A stretch of DNA of 24,000 bases from Candidatus Saccharimonas sp. (GTDB lineage Bacteria > Patescibacteriota > Saccharimonadia > Saccharimonadales > EFPC-124). Position numbers and translations under genes: made by a program. The notes below the pieces were generated by a model, which was given only the letters and a program-made list of their open reading frames with translations, ran no database searches and had not been told where the DNA came from. This document shows positions 19,025-24,000 of this stretch, one piece after another (position 1 is the stretch's first letter; each line of letters begins with the position of its first letter). The stretch covers positions 21,087 to 45,086 of the forward strand of contig DATIJQ010000035.1 of assembly GCA_035478375.1 (NCBI GenBank), in the 5' to 3' direction.

Positions 19025-19918
19025 CTAAAAATCAAGCAAGCTATCGAGGTGGGCGTAGCTGACAGTGCAGGTCGCCATGGCATCCATGAAGATGCTGCCG
19101 TAGCGACGATCGAGGGGATTGTTGGCGTGGTGCGTGGTGTGCACATCGACAGGTGCGCCAATGTAAGCGTTGAGACGTGTTTCGGTGGGTCGCTGCCATG
19201 GGCCAAGGATTAATGGCGCTGGTCTGACAAGTCCTTCTGTCTGATGCCACCAACCGTACTGTCCCAAAATGAGCCACTGGCGGTGTAGCTGCAGCGAGCA
19301 GTCCAAGATCACCTCTGCCCATTTACGTTGACGTTCGTCGAGGGCGTTACCTGCGTTGGCGGTGACGATGCTCAGCTGTTGGCCGGTGTGCACCAGCCGC
19401 CTAAGCAGGTCGTCCATGTCGGAATAGTCGCACGGCAGTACGCGCTTCTCGTTGTCCGCCAGCCAGCGGTGTAATGCTGTTTGGAACATGGCTTGCTGTG
19501 GGTTGCTGCTCAGAACAAGTTTAATGTTGTTGAGCTGCAGAGGGCCGTTGCCTGGCTTGCGCTGCCAGCCGCTCTCAATGGCGATGGTATTGGCGCTCTG
19601 TAGCAAGGCGCCGTGCTGCTCGGTGAGGTCGGTCAGGTTGCCGGCGCTGTCATGGTTGCAGAGCAACAATGGCACAGCCCGGTCTGTCCGTCCAAAGAAT
19701 TTTAGATACGAAAGCCCCTCCTTTTGCAACTTGTTTTGCAGCACGCTTGGCGGAGGTACGTTAGATTCGAGCGGCTCGCCAGTCAGTAAATCGAGCAGAC
19801 GAATCTTGCCAGAATCGTAACTAAAGTGAGTCCCTTCTATGCTGTCAAGTACGTGTCTCAGGTCGATGTCGTTGCCGGATAAACTCTTGTCATCTGACAT
19901 GCGTATAGTGTACCACAT
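19025..19918 (-). CDS. Hypothetical protein (297 aa; alternative start MSDDKS at 19900)
   Basis: Clean long ORF with no TM helix, no signal peptide and no recognised motif. No SD sequence at either candidate start. Confidence 0.65.
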   Translation of the reverse strand: MWYTIRMSDDKSLSGNDIDLRHVLDSIEGTHFSYDSGKIRLLDLLTGEPLESNVPPPSVLQNKLQKEGLSYLKFFGRTDRAVPLLLCNHDSAGNLTDLTEQHGALLQSANTIAIESGWQRKPGNGPLQLNNIKLVLSSNPQQAMFQTALHRWLADNEKRVLPCDYSDMDDLLRRLVHTGQQLSIVTANAGNALDERQRKWAEVILDCSLQLHRQWLILGQYGWWHQTEGLVRPAPLILGPWQRPTETRLNAYIGAPVDVHTTHHANNPLDRRYGSIFMDAMATCTVSYAHLDSLLDF

Positions 19919-19926
19919 AGGTGTAT

Positions 19927-19952
19927 GGTTGGGCGTCGCTTGACGCCCAACC
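19927..19952 (-). other. Perfect 11-bp intercistronic hairpin with a 4-nt loop
   Basis: GGTTGGGCGTC-gctt-GACGCCCAACC lies between the stop at 19960 and the start at 19918. No U-run follows on either strand. Confidence 0.5.
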
Positions 19953-19959
19953 GCGGGGT

Positions 19960-20502
19960 TTACCGGAAGATGAAGGCTACCACAACCAGCGCGATGCCTG
20001 CAATCAGGAATCGGATGGCTATGGCGTGCAACCGCTTGTAGCGGTCGAGCGGACCCGTTTTGCGCGCTGTCCGCATTATGTGTTTGACATAGACGTCAAA
20101 ATTGGTCTTGATGAGACCAGTCCAGACCTCTGGTGGCATGAAGTTTTTAACCAGCACGTCGAGTCGCGGCATATAGGCCATCAGCGACAGCATCATAGCG
20201 ATGCCAGTTGCGACCGCGCTCAGCTTTGACGCAATGACAACGACAATATTGCCGCCCTGGAAAAAGAATACGCACGCTGCCAAAATAATACCGCCAAGGC
20301 TCACCAGCATTGTGGTGCGCGCCGAAACCTGCGCGAGCTCTTTGCTGCGGTAGTCATATTCATCTTTTGCTTCAGCGATCGCACGTCCACCGTTGGGGTG
20401 GGCTAACCAGGCAGCGCGGTATTTTTCTTGTTGCTTTGCCCACCAAGCGTCGGCGTCGAATTCTTTGTAATGGAACAGTTTTTGCAGCAACCTTTGGAGC
20501 AA
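19960..20502 (-). CDS. Small membrane protein (180 aa, about 3 TM helices)
   Basis: TTG start with GAGGAAGG 7 nt upstream. A soluble N-terminal 60 aa precedes a TM hairpin (MLVSLGGIILAACVFFF / IVVVIASKLSAVATGIAMMLSLMAY) and a C-terminal TM helix (IRFLIAGIALVVVAFIF). Confidence 0.65.
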   Translation of the reverse strand: MLQRLLQKLFHYKEFDADAWWAKQQEKYRAAWLAHPNGGRAIAEAKDEYDYRSKELAQVSARTTMLVSLGGIILAACVFFFQGGNIVVVIASKLSAVATGIAMMLSLMAYMPRLDVLVKNFMPPEVWTGLIKTNFDVYVKHIMRTARKTGPLDRYKRLHAIAIRFLIAGIALVVVAFIFR

Positions 20503-20549
20503 CGGTCAACCTTCCTCGCGGTTTTGTCCCCAATAATTTATACCATAAA

Positions 20550-20933
20550 CTATGCGGCGGTTTGCAAACTTTGTATAATTTCGATTAATTTGCGCGGCGT
20601 TATGTCGGCTTTAATTAAATAACCGTCGGCTTTGTTTTGCATGGCTTGGCGCGATTCTTCGTCTTGGCTAAAATTAGTGAGTACCAAAATGCGCGAGTTT
20701 GGCACTTTGTCTTGGCCGCCGCGCAGAGTTTGCAAGATTTCTGTGCCGTGTGTTTCGGGCAACAAAATATCTAACAAAATGAGGTCGAATTTTTGGGCCA
20801 GCGCCGCCTTTAACCCTTCGGCGCCATTGCTAATAAGGGTAACGTCGTAGCCGGCTTTACGCAAACTGCGGGCGTACATGTCGCCAATAAATACGTCGTC
20901 TTCGATGCATAAGATTGTTCTGATTGCTGCCAT
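20550..20933 (-). CDS. Receiver-only (CheY-like) response regulator
   Basis: ILCIEDD acidic pocket, phospho-acceptor context DLILLDILLP, and conserved T (VLT) and K (YLIK). At 127 aa there is no output domain. GGAGG RBS. Confidence 0.9.
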   Translation of the reverse strand: MAAIRTILCIEDDVFIGDMYARSLRKAGYDVTLISNGAEGLKAALAQKFDLILLDILLPETHGTEILQTLRGGQDKVPNSRILVLTNFSQDEESRQAMQNKADGYLIKADITPRKLIEIIQSLQTAA

Positions 20934-20938
20934 GGCTA

Positions 20939-22456
20939 CTACCTCCGGTACATTGCGTGGTTTTTTATCCAGCCTTCGCTGCGCTGTACAATATCTTTAT
21001 TATTGCCGCTGGCCACCTTTTGCGCAACGGTTGCGTAAATAGGCAGTGTAAAACCAAAGGTTGTCCCCTGCCCTTCTTTGCTGCGGACCCAGATGCTGCC
21101 ACCGTGGCTTTCGACAATAGCTTTGCAAATGTACAGACCGAGGCCGGTGCCGGCAACAGCTTCGCGCGAGCGGTGTGAGCGGTAAAATTTGTTGAACAAG
21201 TTGCCGACGACCGATTCTGGCATGCCGATGCCGTTGTCGGCAACGGTGACCTCAACAAAATCTTCTTTGCGGCGGGCGCCAATGACCACTTCGCCGTCTT
21301 CGTGGCTATATTTTATGGCGTTGTCGATGAGGTTAATGATGACTTCGCTAAGGCTGGTGCGATCGGCGGCGATGGTTGGTAAATCTTGCGGAATTTGGAA
21401 GGTTAATTTGCGACGCTGCGTGCTGGCGCGCAAGGCAAGGTCCGGCACAAGGCTTTTAAATACGTCTAATAAATTTTCTTCTTGAAGGTGGATCGTAAAC
21501 CGGCTGCGGTCGTAGCGCGAGACGTTCAAAATGTTGTTTATGTAACCGCTGAGTCGCTCCGCCGATACCTGCAGGCGGTCAAGCAAAATTTGTTGGTCGT
21601 CCGAAAGCTGGGTGGTGAGTTCGTCTTTTAACACCTCTAAATAGCCGCGGATAACAGTAATTGGTCCGCGCAGTTCGTGAGCTGCCAGCGCAATAAAATC
21701 CATGTTGTCTTGGTCGGGCGCATAGGCCACTGTGCGGTCAAGGGCGACCAGCACGACTTCGATACCGGCTTTGGCGTTTTTTTGGTAGTGCCCGGCGACG
21801 TCAAAAATGCGTTGGCCGTCTTCGCCGGTTGGTTTGTCGGCGACGCGTAACCATAAGTGATCGTCGCGCACTTTATTAGCTTGGCAGTCGGCAATCCATT
21901 TGGCCAGGTCGTCGTTTTGTTCAAAAATAAGCGAAAGCTGCTGCACATTATCGCTGTTGGCGGTGACTGGCGAGGCTGAGTTGGCGTACACAATGGCGCC
22001 GGTGGCGTCCATGGCAACGACGCCGCAAGGCAGGCCGTCGGTCAGCACGCGGAAAAAATCCCCGGTTTGCGTGGTTTCGTTTGTGCTTGGTCCAGCTGCG
22101 GCTAATTCAAAAATAGTCTTGACCATGGCTTTGAGGCCGGATTGTTCGTACTGCTTTATATTTATATCAGGTGGTGGCGTTACAACTGGGTCGCTCGAGA
22201 CATGCGCCACAGCTTGGCTCATCACCCGCAGCGGCGCACTCGTGAGTCGCAAAATAAGCAAAATAACCAGTACGTTTACCACGACGCCAGCCAACACGCC
22301 AACAATAAACGTTGGTACAACAGCAAAACCAAAGCTATGCCAGGCAATCCAGGCGAGTGCGCTGGCCAGCAAAGCGCCCGTCACCTGCAGGGTAACGACT
22401 TGCGTGGTGGTTTTACGGTAGTATGTGGTAAAAAATTCGTGGACTTTTATTGCCAT
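20939..22456 (-). CDS. Sensor histidine kinase (2 TM, sensor region, HisKA, HATPase_c)
   Basis: H-box LAAHELRGPITVIRGYLEVL, N-box INLIDNAIKYS, G1 DNGIGMPE, and G2 GTGLGLYICKAIVESHGGSIWV. Two N-terminal TM helices. The start overlaps the upstream gene by 10 nt. Confidence 0.9.
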   Translation of the reverse strand: MAIKVHEFFTTYYRKTTTQVVTLQVTGALLASALAWIAWHSFGFAVVPTFIVGVLAGVVVNVLVILLILRLTSAPLRVMSQAVAHVSSDPVVTPPPDINIKQYEQSGLKAMVKTIFELAAAGPSTNETTQTGDFFRVLTDGLPCGVVAMDATGAIVYANSASPVTANSDNVQQLSLIFEQNDDLAKWIADCQANKVRDDHLWLRVADKPTGEDGQRIFDVAGHYQKNAKAGIEVVLVALDRTVAYAPDQDNMDFIALAAHELRGPITVIRGYLEVLKDELTTQLSDDQQILLDRLQVSAERLSGYINNILNVSRYDRSRFTIHLQEENLLDVFKSLVPDLALRASTQRRKLTFQIPQDLPTIAADRTSLSEVIINLIDNAIKYSHEDGEVVIGARRKEDFVEVTVADNGIGMPESVVGNLFNKFYRSHRSREAVAGTGLGLYICKAIVESHGGSIWVRSKEGQGTTFGFTLPIYATVAQKVASGNNKDIVQRSEGWIKNHAMYRR

Positions 22457-23544
22457 GTTATGGCCTCGTCTGGCGCTACGGCGGTCAGCCAGGTTTGGCC
22501 AATGTTAAAGGCAATTGGGTTGCCGGCATGGTCATAAAATGTGAGCTGACTTTTTTGGTTGTCTTTGCGCCAAAAGCCGTCAATAACGGTGCCGTCTTGG
22601 AAGATGTAGGCTTGGTTAACACCGGTGGTTGTCATTTGTTCGCGGTAGCCATCTTCGTATGCAATTTGCACCGGCACGCGCATAACAACGACGGTTTTGG
22701 GGTTGAGCTGCCCGGCTTCGCGGTCTTTGTGCGGCGCGCCGCCTTCTGATCGCAAGTAACTGTCGCTGGCGGCGTCCCAAGCGTAACTGCTGTCGTACAG
22801 TGGCCCCGAAATATGCACGCTAACTTGCTTGGCGTTTGGCGTGGCGACCGGGTTGTCGAACTTGCGGGCAAAGCCAGTAAAGTTGCTGCTGGTGTAGCCC
22901 TTTGATGCGTTGAGTGCGTCGAGTTTATCAAAGCTGGTGTAGACGTTATGTGGCGCGTAGCGGTCCGTCGCCCGCCAGTAGTAATTGCCGTTAAAAAATT
23001 GGTCGATGTCTTTAAATTGACCATTTCGAATGGTACTCAGCGCATTGGCACTGCCGCCTACGTGCGCCACCGACGGGTCGAACGGCGCCAGCCAGTCAAT
23101 ATAATACGGACGCAAACTGCGGACTGGGCCAATAAGCTGCGGGCGGTCCTCTTGGTGGAGGGTTAAAAAGCGCGTGATGCCGCCTTCGGCTATGGCTTCG
23201 AACACGACGCCGGCGGGTTTAATGCCAGATTGTGGACGGGCGTCGGGGCTGTTTTCGATCATAATTGCCGTGACTTCGCGCTTAGTGGCGGCTTGATCGG
23301 TAACTTGTACGCCAGTTAGTGGCGAATAGTACGTTGTTTTGCCGTCGCCGGTAACGTGTACGGTCTGACTTTGGCGCACGCCTTGGCTAATGATCGTAGC
23401 GGTTTTGTGTTCAAACCAAAAACCAGCTACTAAAAAACCCACCCCTATTAAAAACATGCCGGCACTAAGCGCGATAGTAATTTTATGGTGTTTGCCAACA
23501 AACTGAGCGAAGCTCGCCCACTGGCCAGGTTTGCGTGGCTGCAT
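22447..23544 (-). CDS. DUF3048 (YerB-like) membrane-anchored protein
   Basis: An N-terminal anchor (ITIALSAGMFLIGVGFLVAGFWF) is followed by PLTGV...AIMIENSPDARPQSGI..AGVVFEAIAEGGITRFL..H......IGPVRS.RPYY, the characteristic DUF3048 core as I recall it. Confidence 0.85.
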   Translation of the reverse strand: MQPRKPGQWASFAQFVGKHHKITIALSAGMFLIGVGFLVAGFWFEHKTATIISQGVRQSQTVHVTGDGKTTYYSPLTGVQVTDQAATKREVTAIMIENSPDARPQSGIKPAGVVFEAIAEGGITRFLTLHQEDRPQLIGPVRSLRPYYIDWLAPFDPSVAHVGGSANALSTIRNGQFKDIDQFFNGNYYWRATDRYAPHNVYTSFDKLDALNASKGYTSSNFTGFARKFDNPVATPNAKQVSVHISGPLYDSSYAWDAASDSYLRSEGGAPHKDREAGQLNPKTVVVMRVPVQIAYEDGYREQMTTTGVNQAYIFQDGTVIDGFWRKDNQKSQLTFYDHAGNPIAFNIGQTWLTAVAPDEAITWQ

Positions 23545-23583
23545 GATACAAGTATAGCATGAGCGCGTTGAGCGCTATAAGTA

Positions 23584-23612
23584 TTGACATTTAAGTTTAT
23601 TAGTTATACAAT
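23584..23612 (+). promoter_or_regulatory. Sigma70-like promoter for the terminal GC-rich gene
   Basis: TTGACA (23584-23589), a 17-nt spacer, then TACAAT (23607-23612). Confidence 0.5.
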
Positions 23613-23628
23613 ATATATTTAACGACAC

Positions 23629-24000
23629 TTGCCAATGGGGCGAGTGCGTAGCGAGGGAGAGATTGTGAACCACCTTTTGTCGCGCTTGTCGCGCGAGTTC
23701 CCCCACCTCATCGATGGCCCGAGTGCCACGACGAAGTGGGCACGGGCGCTGGTGCTGTTCGCGTTCGCTGGCCTCATGCAGCGCGTCGTTTTCGACGGCT
23801 ACAAGGGGGTGGGAGTTGTCGTCATCACGGTTCTGCTGGTGCTGTTCTTCGGCTTCAGCATGTACCGTACTGTCGGCAAGCGGACGGCTGGCATGACCGA
23901 GGTGCTGCGCAGCATGAACAGCTACGTCGGCATCGGCGGCACCTACCCGCGCATCTGCTACGGCGTCCCCGCGGACAGACCCGACTACCAGGGCCACTAG
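23629..24000 (+). CDS. Small G+C-rich membrane protein (2 TM); the start is uncertain (TTG 23629, ATG 23635 or GTG 23665 with a GGGAGAG RBS)
   Basis: The plus-strand frame has almost exclusively G/C-ending codons. TM helices are WARALVLFAFAGLMQRVVF and VGVVVITVLLVLFFGFSMY. The TAG stop falls at 23998-24000. The opposite-strand 140-aa ORF is the usual high-GC shadow. Confidence 0.65.
   Translation: MPMGRVRSEGEIVNHLLSRLSREFPHLIDGPSATTKWARALVLFAFAGLMQRVVFDGYKGVGVVVITVLLVLFFGFSMYRTVGKRTAGMTEVLRSMNSYVGIGGTYPRICYGVPADRPDYQGH

Noticed and set aside
19025-19918. A possible metallophosphoesterase reading of LLLCNHDSAG in the 297-aa protein
   Set aside because: The other required motifs (DxH, GDxxDR, GH, GHxH) are absent or wrongly spaced, so the GNHD-like string is probably coincidental.
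19960-20502. A possible SLATT/Pycsar-type nucleotide-activated membrane effector
   Set aside because: Only the overall architecture (small, helical N-terminus, TM hairpin) is similar. No cyclase, SMODS or other signal-generating gene is nearby, and I recall no diagnostic motif.
1-24000. A search for CRISPR arrays, rRNA, transposase or integrase genes and IS inverted repeats
   Set aside because: No regularly spaced direct repeats were seen, no ORF carries recombinase or transposase motifs, and no rRNA-like conserved strings are present. The only RNA gene found is tRNA-Glu.

Overview
The window is a 24 kb chromosomal segment that is mostly minus-strand coding, with intermediate G+C by eye and several sharply G+C-rich single-gene patches. 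I cannot assign a taxon from sequence alone.

Gene content from left to right:
- Two paralogous membrane Ser/Thr kinases with the sensor domain N-terminal and the kinase C-terminal (248-1873, 4351-5640). They flank a 571-aa glycoside-hydrolase-like protein.
- A GC-rich SRPBCC-like gene and a 627-aa secreted CBM / Gly-rich / beta-helix surface protein.
- YeaO/DUF488, a GC-rich orphan gene, a SAM methyltransferase and a membrane-anchored protein.
- An accessory stretch (about 11.3-18.9 kb) that ends at tRNA-Glu(CUC).
- Two unknown genes, then a DUF3048 / histidine kinase / receiver-only response regulator operon, then a GC-rich small membrane protein gene.

The accessory stretch contains:
- A Panacea (DUF4065) antitoxin with an apparently frameshifted RelE/ParE-fold toxin.
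- A TehB-like methyltransferase.
- A compact RiPP locus: YcaO cyclodehydratase, a divergent SagB-type FMN dehydrogenase, a GNAT, and a 37-aa Cys/Ser/Thr precursor smORF that is absent from the ORF track.
- A 2.2 kb integrase-less islet bounded by a 23-nt duplication of the tRNA-Glu 3' end. It carries a Fic/DOC gene translationally coupled to an unknown 195-aa gene.

The most interesting candidate is the minimal YcaO/SagB/GNAT locus. Its precursor (MDQSLIIEVTERTDVIETTGAPAGGSNSCGGCTDILL) is compositionally foreign to its own enzymes.

No CRISPR array, rRNA, transposase or integrase was seen. All functional calls rest on motifs read by eye; no database search was possible.
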